Origin: a virus
IMG/VR virus record: IMGVR_UViG_3300020152_000020
Location: 15,815-79,814 of that record
Length of the DNA: 64,000 nucleotides
Reading direction: 5' to 3' (one strand)
Shown: positions 47,901 to 56,876 of the stretch, one piece after another
Position numbering within the stretch: position 1 is the stretch's first letter
Layout: each line of letters starts with the position of its first letter
Program-made: the position numbers and the translations under genes
The notes under the pieces: generated by a model
Told to the model about the DNA's origin: nothing
Database searches by the model: none
What the model saw: only the letters and a program-made list of their open reading frames with translations

Positions 47901-48143
47901 ATGTCAAAGAAGAAAACGCGGGCGAAGGGCGGCTCCCGTCTTCTGGGTGTGGCTGGCTCTGACGGGCATACGCGGATCACGAACGGGCCGGGGTACACGT
48001 TGTCGGGCGGCGATAAAGAAACCCACGAGCGAATGCAGACGACGGCGGAAAAGTTTAACGAGCAGCTTCAGAAGAAGGGCAAACGGCTTGAAGACATCGG
48101 GCCGTCTGAGTTCCGGGACATGATTGGAGACGCGCAACGATGA
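47901..48143 (+). CDS. Small conserved hypothetical protein
   Basis: ATG inside palindrome 47893; DGHTRIT...GGDKETHERMQ...KFNEQL. Confidence 0.6.
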   Translation: MSKKKTRAKGGSRLLGVAGSDGHTRITNGPGYTLSGGDKETHERMQTTAEKFNEQLQKKGKRLEDIGPSEFRDMIGDAQR

Positions 48144-48496
48144 TAACGAAATCGAAGACGGAGAAGGTTCACCCTGACCAGATGGAGTGTCTGGTTATGG
48201 TGTTCAAGGAAGGCACGCCTGCGATCCAGATGCAGATGCACGTGGACTACATCACGCAGTGGCCGGAGATGTACTCGTGCCAGCCTGTCAAGCCGGACTC
48301 GAAGATGGAGTGGGTGCGCCGGATGTTCCTGATCCGCTGCACGAAACAGCAAGTCGGCGGCGTCCCGGTCGCGACGTACCTGATCGACCGCATGAAGCAG
48401 TACCCGTTCGTGGCCGACTGCTATGTCCATGAGCGCGTGTTGACGAATCCAGCGGCGGGTTCTCCGAAGGCCAAGGCCAAGCGCAAGGCGTCGTAA
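48140..48496 (+). CDS. Hypothetical protein
   Basis: ATGA-coupled; ends before T run. Confidence 0.6.
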   Translation: MITKSKTEKVHPDQMECLVMVFKEGTPAIQMQMHVDYITQWPEMYSCQPVKPDSKMEWVRRMFLIRCTKQQVGGVPVATYLIDRMKQYPFVADCYVHERVLTNPAAGSPKAKAKRKAS

Positions 48497-48525
48497 TTTT
48501 TTTTTGTTCTCTGGGAGCTACTACG

Positions 48526-49053
48526 ATGACGGACTATGTGGCAGGGTTCCTTTTCAGCGAGGATCGAAGTCAGGTGGTGTTGATCCTCAAGGATCATCCC
48601 GAATTTCAGCGCGGGAAGTTCAACGCTATCGGCGGCAAGATCAGGCCGGGTGAGTCTCCGTTTCAGGCGATGCGCCGGGAGTTTCTCGAAGAAGCGGGTG
48701 TGGACATCCCGGAAGGACTCTGGGAACCGTCCGTTCTGCTGGCGGGCGACTGCTGGCGGGTCTTCACGTTCGCGGCGTACGGCGACGTTCGCAAGGCACG
48801 CACTACCGAAGCCGAACAGGTGTACACCTTCCCGGTGTCGCACGTGTCGAATCTGCCGACGCTGCGGAACGTGCCCATGTTGATCGCGCTCTGTCTCGAC
48901 GTGACGATCCACAAGCCGATCCTGTTGACGGACGCAGAGATCAGGAAGACGCCCGCCGACGTGACGAATGTGTTTCACAGGTTCGCGATGCCGTCTGAGG
49001 GGCCTGTGCTGGTCTCGCCGCCCGGCGATCCCGACGACGCGATGCACGGTTGA
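48526..49053 (+). CDS. Nudix hydrolase
   Basis: Nudix box GGKIRPGESPFQAMRREFLEEAGV. Confidence 0.9.
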   Translation: MTDYVAGFLFSEDRSQVVLILKDHPEFQRGKFNAIGGKIRPGESPFQAMRREFLEEAGVDIPEGLWEPSVLLAGDCWRVFTFAAYGDVRKARTTEAEQVYTFPVSHVSNLPTLRNVPMLIALCLDVTIHKPILLTDAEIRKTPADVTNVFHRFAMPSEGPVLVSPPGDPDDAMHG

Positions 49054-49082
49054 CACAAGGTTAACGCAAAGGAGCGCACGCG

Positions 49083-49553
49083 ATGGGTGTCCCGATTCGC
49101 AAAGGCAAAGTGACTACGGGGGTGGTGGGCAAGCTCGCCGCTCTCAAGTCGTCCCGGTTCGACGTGACGGAGCCAGCGCCGCCAGCGAAGCGCGGGGGTC
49201 ATCGGAAGCCGGGCCTGTGGTTCTCGAAGATGAAGGTCGAAGTGCAGACCGTGAAGGGGCAGCACAAGTCGCCGTGCTGGGTCTGCGAGGAAAAGCCGAA
49301 GGATCGGCGCTTGGCGGTCATGCAGGGTTCGGGGCGGCACGGCTGGACCGAAGTGTACTGCATCGCCTGCGGACTACAGTGGCTTCAGAACAAACGCAAA
49401 GAGGCCGCGAATGCGTGGGAGTTGCTGGGCACCGGGTCTGGCTGTATCCGCGAGGATTTGGTGTACTCCGTTAAACGGGGCGGCGAGACGCTCTCGATCC
49501 CGCAGCCGAAACGGGCCGACAAAGCAAAGGGTGAGGCCGATGACGGGCAATGA
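49083..49553 (+). CDS. Zn-finger hypothetical protein
   Basis: AAGGAG RBS; CWVC...CIAC; PIRKG motif. Confidence 0.65.
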   Translation: MGVPIRKGKVTTGVVGKLAALKSSRFDVTEPAPPAKRGGHRKPGLWFSKMKVEVQTVKGQHKSPCWVCEEKPKDRRLAVMQGSGRHGWTEVYCIACGLQWLQNKRKEAANAWELLGTGSGCIREDLVYSVKRGGETLSIPQPKRADKAKGEADDGQ

Positions 49554-49806
49554 TTTTCTGCGGTTCGAGTTCATGTCGATGGTGGACATTTATCTCGTGA
49601 AATCGCCGCACATTCAGTCGCTCACGGCGCTGAACATCTTCGATCAGGCGCGCTTCGTGGACCCGGACTGCCTTGACACGACGAACTTGATGGAGAAGGT
49701 GGTCGAGTTCTGTGACTACTACCGGGAACAACTGGCTGCGAAGAAGGCGCGGACGGCGTTCGAGAAGCCGCGCCCGCTGTGGATCAAGTTCATCTACGAA
49801 ACGTGA
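49540..49806 (+). CDS. Small hypothetical protein
   Basis: GAGG RBS before ATG 49540. Confidence 0.55.
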   Translation: MTGNDFLRFEFMSMVDIYLVKSPHIQSLTALNIFDQARFVDPDCLDTTNLMEKVVEFCDYYREQLAAKKARTAFEKPRPLWIKFIYET

Positions 49807-49815
49807 GTGTGACGA

Positions 49816-50022
49816 ATGCCTCTGAACGTATCACCGGACAAGTTCGACGACGTGGAGATTCTTGTGCGGACCTTCCCGTGGTGGAAGCGGGCGGTCGCGT
49901 GGTGTCTCTGGAAGACACCGATCCGGCTGCTGCTCCGGCGTCGCTTTGTCAATCCGTATGGTTTCGTAATTGGCATAGTGCGAGTAAAAAATTCCAACCC
50001 GCCGCATAATGCGAAAAAATAA
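49816..50022 (+). CDS. Small hypothetical protein
   Basis: Follows previous gene in operon. Confidence 0.4.
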   Translation: MPLNVSPDKFDDVEILVRTFPWWKRAVAWCLWKTPIRLLLRRRFVNPYGFVIGIVRVKNSNPPHNAKK

Positions 50023-50097
50023 GTTGCGTCCCTGTAAAAATTAGCTAACGTTCGTTTTGGCGATTGCCGAAACGGCATACAGGAGATTGGCTACATA

Positions 50098-50658
50098 ATG
50101 CCCAAACCCTTGATCTATTTGGACATGGATGGTGTCTGCACCGACTTTGTGTCAGCCGCGCTCCGGCTTCACGGCGTGGAGCCAGAGGCGTTCCTCGCCC
50201 GGTGGCCTGAAGGGCAGTTCGACATGGCTACGGTCATGGGTATCTCTCAAAACGCATTCTGGAAACCGATAGGCAAAGCCGGGCATGAGTTCTGGACCGG
50301 GCTTGAGGCGTATCCGTGGTTCATTGAGTTGTTCGGCGTCTGCAACCAGATCGCGGACGTGGCGTTCCTCACGTCGCCGTCACTCGACCCGTTCGCCGCG
50401 TCCGGTAAGGTCGCGTGGCTTCAGGAACGGTTCGGAACCGGGTTCCGCGCCTACAACATCACAAACCAGAAGTGGCGCTGCGCGCGTCCGAACGCGATCC
50501 TGATTGACGATCATCCCGATCACTGCACGGAGTTTCGTGAGCACGGCGGGCAGGCTGTTCTTTTCCCGGCGATCTGGAATAAGCGCCGCCCGAAGGGTTC
50601 GTTCCCGCTCGCGCTGGTCATCAGCGAAATTCGGGCTGCGGTCAGAAAGGTTTCCTAA
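50098..50658 (+). CDS. HAD-family 5'(3')-deoxyribonucleotidase
   Basis: YLDMDGV, FLTSP, GKVAWL, LIDD; AGGAG RBS. Confidence 0.85.
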   Translation: MPKPLIYLDMDGVCTDFVSAALRLHGVEPEAFLARWPEGQFDMATVMGISQNAFWKPIGKAGHEFWTGLEAYPWFIELFGVCNQIADVAFLTSPSLDPFAASGKVAWLQERFGTGFRAYNITNQKWRCARPNAILIDDHPDHCTEFREHGGQAVLFPAIWNKRRPKGSFPLALVISEIRAAVRKVS

Positions 50659-51017
50659 TGGGTCTGCCAGTGAAGAAGACCGGGGTGACGACTCCGGTTC
50701 GGAAGGGTCCGGCTGTCGTGGCGGCTCCGGCTAAGGCTGCTACGACGCTCAATCGCACGGTGCCGGACAAGGACACGAAGCCGCCGTACCACGTGAACCA
50801 GTGGGGGAAGATCAACGATCCGCACTGGTTCGATGTCCGGCTGCTGGTCCCGCGTGCGTCAGGTGAGGGGCATGATTGCCTGTTTGTGGCGGTGAAGGGA
50901 GACACGCCAGAGAAACGGGCTGAGGCGCTGAAGACGGCGTTGCTGCGGATCGCGAACATGCGTGAAGCCATTGCTGCGGAGTACCTGAAGTTCCTCAACG
51001 AAGGGTCAGACCGTTGA
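50658..51017 (+). CDS. Hypothetical protein
   Basis: TAATG-coupled; PVKK/PVRKG motifs. Confidence 0.6.
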   Translation: MGLPVKKTGVTTPVRKGPAVVAAPAKAATTLNRTVPDKDTKPPYHVNQWGKINDPHWFDVRLLVPRASGEGHDCLFVAVKGDTPEKRAEALKTALLRIANMREAIAAEYLKFLNEGSDR

Positions 51018-51081
51018 CATTGTGTTAACGAGACGGTTGTAAGCTGGGGGCGGAAGGCAATGTTCATCATAAGGGTGGTTA

Positions 51082-51531
51082 ATGAAGGCGAAAGTCACCG
51101 TGGTGTCGGAAGAGGACGGTGCGCAGCTACAGATTGAGGAACGTGAGTCTTCTGTCACGCTGCGTCTCGTGGATTTTGAAACGAATGGGATGGTCGCAAA
51201 TATAACGTGTCGGAAGGGTATCGCTCTTGAGTCGTTCCGGGGGTTCCTGCGAAGTCTGTCTGCCTGCGAAGACGTTTACACGGAAATGCTCGAAGGGCAT
51301 CTGCGCAAACCAGACCCGAAGCAGAAGGTGCGCTCTGGGTCGCTGAAGGATCGAATGAAGAAAGGTCAGGTAAATGGAAAAGGAAGGCAAGGGGTTCTTT
51401 CTGACGCTGCCGAAGGCGAACGATACGGTGGTGGGGCCGCTACCGAACCGCCTGCATCTCGTGTCATTTACGGGGTCGCATGGGGTCGGAAAATCGACAC
51501 TGATCCGGGAGTTGCACAAGCGGTTGAATAA
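51082..51531 (+). CDS. Hypothetical protein
   Basis: AAGGGTGG RBS; SLKDRM motif. Confidence 0.55.
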   Translation: MKAKVTVVSEEDGAQLQIEERESSVTLRLVDFETNGMVANITCRKGIALESFRGFLRSLSACEDVYTEMLEGHLRKPDPKQKVRSGSLKDRMKKGQVNGKGRQGVLSDAAEGERYGGGAATEPPASRVIYGVAWGRKIDTDPGVAQAVE

Positions 51532-52216
51532 CATGGGCGGGGACGTAAATGCGTTGATCGTCCCGTCCGCGTCGTCGGTCTGGTTCTCGCAGCAGCAGAC
51601 ACAAACGCCCGAACTGAAAAAGTACGACGATCTCGACACTCTGACGCTCCCGGCGTCGGCTCTGGTCACGGGTGTCAGCACGGCTCCGATCCAAGACGTT
51701 ACGCTCCGGGTGAAGATGCAGGTTGAGTTGCCGACCGTTATGCGTGGGCTGATCGCCGATCAGGTGTCGTACGTCCACGAGCACGTCCCGGCTACCCGGC
51801 GCGGCGTTCAAACGTATCTGCTCGTGGATCGCTGGTTCGTGGACATCATGGCGTACACGAGCCTGAAGGTGCAGGACCCGGTGCTCGCGCGTGATATCAA
51901 CAATGAAGCGCGGTCGCAGGAACGGCAGTTGTTCCAGTGGCTGCTACATCAGTGCATCACGCACGGGCACCAGCTTTACATGACGCACGTGCTGATCCCG
52001 GCGAAAGCCTGCGACTTCAAGGCCGCAGACGACAAGCCGAACCGTGGAACCGACGACGCTCGCAGTTGGGAGTTCTTTGCGGATCGGCACGTGTTCGAGA
52101 CGATGATTCCGTCGCGGGTGATGTCGATTTCGCGCTCGCCTCTGGAAGAACGGGTGAGTGACGTGCTCGCCCGGATTCAGACGCCGTACGCTGGCAAGGA
52201 ATGGATGGGCGGCTGA
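51374..52216 (+). CDS. P-loop (d)NMP kinase-like / AAA_28-like protein
   Basis: FTGSHGVGKSTL; LLVDRWFVDIMAY. Confidence 0.65.
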   Translation: MEKEGKGFFLTLPKANDTVVGPLPNRLHLVSFTGSHGVGKSTLIRELHKRLNNMGGDVNALIVPSASSVWFSQQQTQTPELKKYDDLDTLTLPASALVTGVSTAPIQDVTLRVKMQVELPTVMRGLIADQVSYVHEHVPATRRGVQTYLLVDRWFVDIMAYTSLKVQDPVLARDINNEARSQERQLFQWLLHQCITHGHQLYMTHVLIPAKACDFKAADDKPNRGTDDARSWEFFADRHVFETMIPSRVMSISRSPLEERVSDVLARIQTPYAGKEWMGG

Positions 52217-52261
52217 TCGGTCGCTCTGTTTTTGGTGGGGACTTTTTTAGAAGGGGATTCC

Positions 52262-53494
52262 ATGAATTTGATTGACCCGAATATCCGGGCGCGGCTGGTG
52301 TACGACGGGCAGTACCTGAACGTCCCGGACGAGATGAAGCCGAAGTGCGCTGACTTCCGGGAACTGATGGATCGCAAGAAGCAGCTTCAAGGATCGAACG
52401 AAGAGAAGCTGTGCGAACTGGCTGGGCGCATCTGCTACGATTCGCTGGGCGGGGGCCGGAACAGCGAGGCGTACTGGCAGCATATCCGGGAAGTCGGGCA
52501 TCTGTCGGTGATTGAGCACGCGCGCTTCACCGTCGCCTTTGACATCCGGTCGCTGGCTGACGCGCTCGCGTTTCTGAACCGCAAGGGCGTGTGGGTGAAC
52601 ATCGAAGAGAACCATCTCCCCGCGCACGCGAACGAACCGGACACGTTGCGGGCCACGGTGAATCTGCGCACGCTGCTCGAATGGAACAAGTGGACGGAGC
52701 GCATCGGCGGGCCGTACAAGTCCAACGGTGATCGCGTGGGGCAGGCGCTGTACTCCGTCGTGCAGCCGTTCGTGCCGCTGATTCTGCCGATTGATGATCC
52801 GCGCGTGGTGCCGCAGGGCAATTCGATGCGTCTGCCCGCCCGGCTGGTCGCGCCGAAGGACAACGAAGAACGGTACGTGTCGTTGTACCTCTCCGGCTCG
52901 CGCGGGTTCTCGCATGAGCAGGTCCGGCACCGGATGTCGATGTCCCAGCGCAGCACGCGCTACGTTGACGAGAACGAATCGCCGTACGTCGAGCATCCGA
53001 ACACGGTTCAGTTGCTCGACCGCCTCAACCGTAACGAAAGCCGGGGGCAGTACGAGAAGATCAAGGGGGCATTGGACAAGGCCAAGGATACGGCGCGCGA
53101 GGCGTACGTCCTGCTCGCGGCGCAACTCGAATCGGCTCTGTTCGACCAGATGGTCGTGCAGAAGGGTGTTGATCGGATCGAAGTCGAGGCCGACCGGAAG
53201 CTGATGGTCGCCATGTGTAAGAGCACGGCGCGCAAGCAGGCGCGTGGTGCGGCTCGCGGGTATCTGGGCAACGCGCTACTGACCGAAATGATTTACACGG
53301 CATCGGTCGCTGAGTGGCGTGGGATCATCGCGCTCCGGCTCCACGAGGCTGCGGACGCGGAGATTCGCGTGCTGTACGCTGAAGTGCTGCGGGAGTTGAA
53401 GCGGTCGCAGTACGCGCGGGAGTTCAACGACATGAACATGATCCCGTCGCCGGACGGGCTGGGCTGGGTTCTGGGCGAACCGCGCGAGCAGTAA
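52262..53494 (+). CDS. thyX: Flavin-dependent thymidylate synthase (extended)
   Basis: AGRICYDS, GHLSVIEH, SRGFSHEQVRHRMSMSQRSTRY, ARGYL, ADAEIR. Confidence 0.88.
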   Translation: MNLIDPNIRARLVYDGQYLNVPDEMKPKCADFRELMDRKKQLQGSNEEKLCELAGRICYDSLGGGRNSEAYWQHIREVGHLSVIEHARFTVAFDIRSLADALAFLNRKGVWVNIEENHLPAHANEPDTLRATVNLRTLLEWNKWTERIGGPYKSNGDRVGQALYSVVQPFVPLILPIDDPRVVPQGNSMRLPARLVAPKDNEERYVSLYLSGSRGFSHEQVRHRMSMSQRSTRYVDENESPYVEHPNTVQLLDRLNRNESRGQYEKIKGALDKAKDTAREAYVLLAAQLESALFDQMVVQKGVDRIEVEADRKLMVAMCKSTARKQARGAARGYLGNALLTEMIYTASVAEWRGIIALRLHEAADAEIRVLYAEVLRELKRSQYAREFNDMNMIPSPDGLGWVLGEPREQ

Positions 53495-53499
53495 CCGGG

Positions 53500-53688
53500 C
53501 AAGACAGCGGCGTGGCGTGCCGGGGGCCTAAGCCAAGGCGTCTCTCCCCGGCATACAAAAACGGCTCGTGCACGGGCTTCATGCGTCACAGGCTAAGTGA
53601 GGGCGATAACGCGGAACTGGTGAGCACGTTTGGTCGGCGACCGTGGTAAACCGGAGCACCCGGTACGAGTCGCCGACCCGCTGTCTTG
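53500..53688 (+). ncRNA. Candidate 189-nt four-way-junction structured RNA
   Basis: P1 53500-510/53678-688 (11 bp), P2 53518-525/53546-553, P3 53559-567/53622-631, P4 53632-640/53670-678; strand inferred from context. Confidence 0.6.
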
Positions 53689-53701
53689 AAAGGGTGGAAA
53701 C

Positions 53702-54379
53702 ATGATCGAAGTCGTGGTGAAGGCTCCAAGCAAAGGCGGGAAGACGACCGTGGCGCAGGTGATCTTGCAGGCGCTACAGAAGTACGGCGTGGCGAACTTG
53801 AAGGTCTCCGACCCGGACTTGAACCGGAATTTCCTGCGCCCGGAGAAGGTCGAACTGGCAATGCGGAACTTGGTCGCGTCCGGGCTGTCGGTGGAACTGG
53901 CGACGGAGCAGACTCCGAAGCCGACCGCGCCGCCGCCGTCGTATCCGCCCGGCTTGTACAAGCTCCGGCTGATCCTCGCTGTCCTGTCGTTCGCTGAAGA
54001 CGAGAACGATCCTGAGCCTGTCCGCATCAAGTGGGTTTCGCGGGACGTGTTGGTCCCGGTCGCGCACGACGGTCTGGTTCTGAAGGTTGGCGGGCGGGGT
54101 TGGTTGCTCGATTACACGGAGTTTGACGTTGACCGCTCTGAGTACGTGTCGGTTCAACATCTCTGTGGGTGCAAACACACGGTCGAGTCGCTGCTGAAAG
54201 ACGGCTGGCAGCGCGTGTGCGACTTGCGGAGTGAAGACATCGACCGCTACAGCGCGCTGGTGCTTGAGCAGCACGGCCAGTGTGTGCTAGAAAATGTTCA
54301 AGCCAGTCTGAACGTCGATTCTGAAGACGACGAAGAGGAAGATGAAGACGGGGACGGCGAAGGGCCGAACCTGAACTGA
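53702..54379 (+). CDS. Hypothetical protein (P-loop-like N-terminus)
   Basis: KAPSKGGKTTVAQ; acidic C-terminus; AAGGGTGG RBS. Confidence 0.6.
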   Translation: MIEVVVKAPSKGGKTTVAQVILQALQKYGVANLKVSDPDLNRNFLRPEKVELAMRNLVASGLSVELATEQTPKPTAPPPSYPPGLYKLRLILAVLSFAEDENDPEPVRIKWVSRDVLVPVAHDGLVLKVGGRGWLLDYTEFDVDRSEYVSVQHLCGCKHTVESLLKDGWQRVCDLRSEDIDRYSALVLEQHGQCVLENVQASLNVDSEDDEEEDEDGDGEGPNLN

Positions 54380-54393
54380 AGCGAGGGGATCAA

Positions 54394-54585
54394 ATGGCAA
54401 ACGATACGTTGTCGAAGTTGCTGTCGTCGATGGACCTGCCCGCGCACAGAAAGATGTCCCGGTCGCCGGACAATCTGCGCTGGCTTTTGAAGAACTTGGG
54501 CGCTAGAAATTCGCAGAACCCGAACTACAACGCCGCGCTCGCGGAAGTGCGGGCTGAAGCTGAAAACCAGAACGTGTCTGTCTGA
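54394..54585 (+). CDS. Small hypothetical protein
   Basis: GAGGGG RBS; LRWLLKNLGARN. Confidence 0.6.
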   Translation: MANDTLSKLLSSMDLPAHRKMSRSPDNLRWLLKNLGARNSQNPNYNAALAEVRAEAENQNVSV

Positions 54586-54610
54586 CCATCGGTCAGGCGA
54601 AGGGGGTCGA

Positions 54611-55087
54611 GTGGCAAAAAATCATACCATTTCCGGGGTGATCGCGGTCGGTGGCGCGCAGCAGCCGCAGACGCCGCCTAACACCACACCGCCACCGCCG
54701 AACGCGGCGGGCGGGCCTGTCCGGTTCGTCTTCAAGTCGGAGCAATACTACGATCAGCGGGGTGGCCGCGTTGAGCACCGCGTACTGATCTCTGGCGCGT
54801 TCCCGCCGAACTGCCCGCCGTTCTGGGGGCACGTGACGGTGCGCGTGGAAACGCCGGAAGGACTGCTGAACGAACAGATGCAGTTCCCGATTGAAGGGGC
54901 TACTACGCTTGAAGAAGCGTTCGCCCGGTTCGAGCCTGCGTTGCAGGCCGCTGCCGAACGACGGCGGCAGGAATTGATGAAGCGTTATCACGGGCCGCAA
55001 CTGGCCGTACCGGGGGTGAACATGCCCGCTGGGATGCGTCTTCCGCCCGCTCCCCAGAAGAAGTCGGGCCTGATTATCCCGCCCTAG
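54611..55087 (+). CDS. Hypothetical Pro-rich protein
   Basis: AAGGGGG RBS before GTG; ends KSGLIIPP. Confidence 0.6.
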   Translation: MAKNHTISGVIAVGGAQQPQTPPNTTPPPPNAAGGPVRFVFKSEQYYDQRGGRVEHRVLISGAFPPNCPPFWGHVTVRVETPEGLLNEQMQFPIEGATTLEEAFARFEPALQAAAERRRQELMKRYHGPQLAVPGVNMPAGMRLPPAPQKKSGLIIPP

Positions 55088-55176
55088 TATTTTCTCGCGC
55101 TCTCCAAGAAAGAAGTTGCAATATGCCGCGTCATGCGGCATATTTGTTTTTGACACAATGTCAAAGGGGGGCAGCG

Positions 55177-55446
55177 ATGCGCGAAGTCTGGGTGGTTCTC
55201 GAAAAGTCTTACTCCGACCGCTCGCTGGAAGATGTCGCCGTGGTCGGCGTGTATGACGATGAAGTGGCTACTGAGATTCTCGTCGCGGAGCGTGTCTCTG
55301 CGTACATGCGGGCCAATCCCGGCGTGAAGGCGGTCCATACCGCGCCCAAGCCCGGCGAGTGGGTTGTGACGTTCAGTGGCGCTGACGACGCGCCTCTGCT
55401 TACGCTTTTACGCCTGTCCCGGATCGTCAACCGTACGACGGAATGA
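55177..55446 (+). CDS. Small hypothetical protein
   Basis: AAAGGGGGG RBS downstream of palindrome 55150. Confidence 0.55.
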   Translation: MREVWVVLEKSYSDRSLEDVAVVGVYDDEVATEILVAERVSAYMRANPGVKAVHTAPKPGEWVVTFSGADDAPLLTLLRLSRIVNRTTE

Positions 55447-55471
55447 AATGGGTGCGTGAAGGGTTAACACA

Positions 55472-55972
55472 ATGTCAAAGCTCAAAGAGAAAATCGAGAA
55501 GGTGAAGCGGCCCCGGATGACGCTGCTGTTTATTCGCATGGGCTGGTCCCCGTCGAAGAAGCCGCTGCAAATCTGGTATCGCCTGAATGGCGAGACGCCG
55601 GAAGAACAGCGTCAGTCGTACGACAGCTACGATGATGCGCGGGAGATGGCGTTCAGTCCCAAAGGGATGCCGCCTGTGTCGCCCGGCATGACGTACACGT
55701 TCGAGTTTAACCCGGACAATCCGGGTTCGATTTACCCGTCGTCCCGGCACTTCGCCGGGGTGTTCAATCACGACAATGTGACGGAGTGGCTGGCTCAATT
55801 CGAGGCGTTCAAGACGGCTGCGAAAGTTCGCCGTCAAGAGACGCAGGCCAAGCACCGCAACATCTTCGAGAACCTCGATCCGTTCCGGCGCGCGTACCGG
55901 AACCTTCCAGCCGATCAGGGCGCGGCGCTGCTCGCCCGGATGATCCAATACGTTCAGGGGTATAAGCGATGA
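55472..55972 (+). CDS. Hypothetical protein
   Basis: ATG inside palindrome 55464. Confidence 0.65.
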   Translation: MSKLKEKIEKVKRPRMTLLFIRMGWSPSKKPLQIWYRLNGETPEEQRQSYDSYDDAREMAFSPKGMPPVSPGMTYTFEFNPDNPGSIYPSSRHFAGVFNHDNVTEWLAQFEAFKTAAKVRRQETQAKHRNIFENLDPFRRAYRNLPADQGAALLARMIQYVQGYKR

Positions 55973-56304
55973 ATGCTACGTACCAAACGTCTCTGCTGCC
56001 CGGTTGGGTTCTCATGAACGAGACTCACCGCCCAGAGTGCGAAGAGTATCATCAGTCGTGGTCCTGTATGTTCCGCCGTGAACGGGACGGGTTCATCGCG
56101 CATGGCCACAGCAATGAATCGTCGCAGCAGGCGCTCGCGAATGGAATCGTTGCGGCGAAGAAGCGTGACGAGTTTGACGCTCTGCTGCCGCTCGACCGGG
56201 TGAAGTTCATGCTTGCGGGTTGTGCGCGAGGGGATTACCTGAATCCCCACCAGATGACAGATGCTCTGCGGGCCTTTGTGGAGCACTTGGAGAAGAAGCC
56301 GTGA
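55969..56304 (+). CDS. Hypothetical protein
   Basis: ATGA-coupled. Confidence 0.55.
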   Translation: MNATYQTSLLPGWVLMNETHRPECEEYHQSWSCMFRRERDGFIAHGHSNESSQQALANGIVAAKKRDEFDALLPLDRVKFMLAGCARGDYLNPHQMTDALRAFVEHLEKKP

Positions 56305-56876
56305 AACCGAAGCGAAACAAACCAGTTGACTTGCTTAAGTTCGAGAAGCTGCTTGCGAAGGCGAAGGACCGCGCTGATCTGTGCGGTCAGCTTGTGTACA
56401 CGGCATTCGGGCTGGGCGTCGTCACGATGGTCGGGCCAGCTAAGACGCTGGTCGCCCGGACGTTGATGCCGTGCCACGGTGCTCTGTGCAAGAACGACGT
56501 GGTGGTCTTCATCGGCATCGGCTCTGCGTTCGGGTATTGCTACGATCCGAAGTCCGGGCGGCACTTGGCGAACCTGCGCGATCATGTCGTGACGTGTGAG
56601 CAGTGCCAACGGCAAGAGCGTTTCCCGCGTACCAAGTGCGACAGCGCGTACGCCTTTTTCTGCGTCGAATATAAGCCGCGCATTCACCGCTTGTGGCTGG
56701 ACGAGAATTTCGTGTGGGACCGCGAGTTCCATCTCCGAATGCTCCGTCCCGGCGACAAGGATGAAGCGGCGGCTCACCTGAACGAACTGCGGCGTGGTAA
56801 ACGGGAAGGCATGGACGGTGCCTGCGTGCAGATGTTCGATCTGATTCCGCAAGGGTTCATCCAATGGCCGGAGTAA
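56301..56876 (+). CDS. Cys-containing hypothetical protein
   Basis: GTGA-coupled; CEQC. Confidence 0.55.
   Translation: MKPKRNKPVDLLKFEKLLAKAKDRADLCGQLVYTAFGLGVVTMVGPAKTLVARTLMPCHGALCKNDVVVFIGIGSAFGYCYDPKSGRHLANLRDHVVTCEQCQRQERFPRTKCDSAYAFFCVEYKPRIHRLWLDENFVWDREFHLRMLRPGDKDEAAAHLNELRRGKREGMDGACVQMFDLIPQGFIQWPE

Noticed and set aside
5553-51531. Several 110-210 bp overlaps where upstream genes run into the next gene (5003/5553, 23593/recA, AAA/33781, 51082/51374)
   Set aside because: All +1 offset, where a stop needs T at the downstream gene's third codon position, which is rare in GC-rich genes; stop loss explains them
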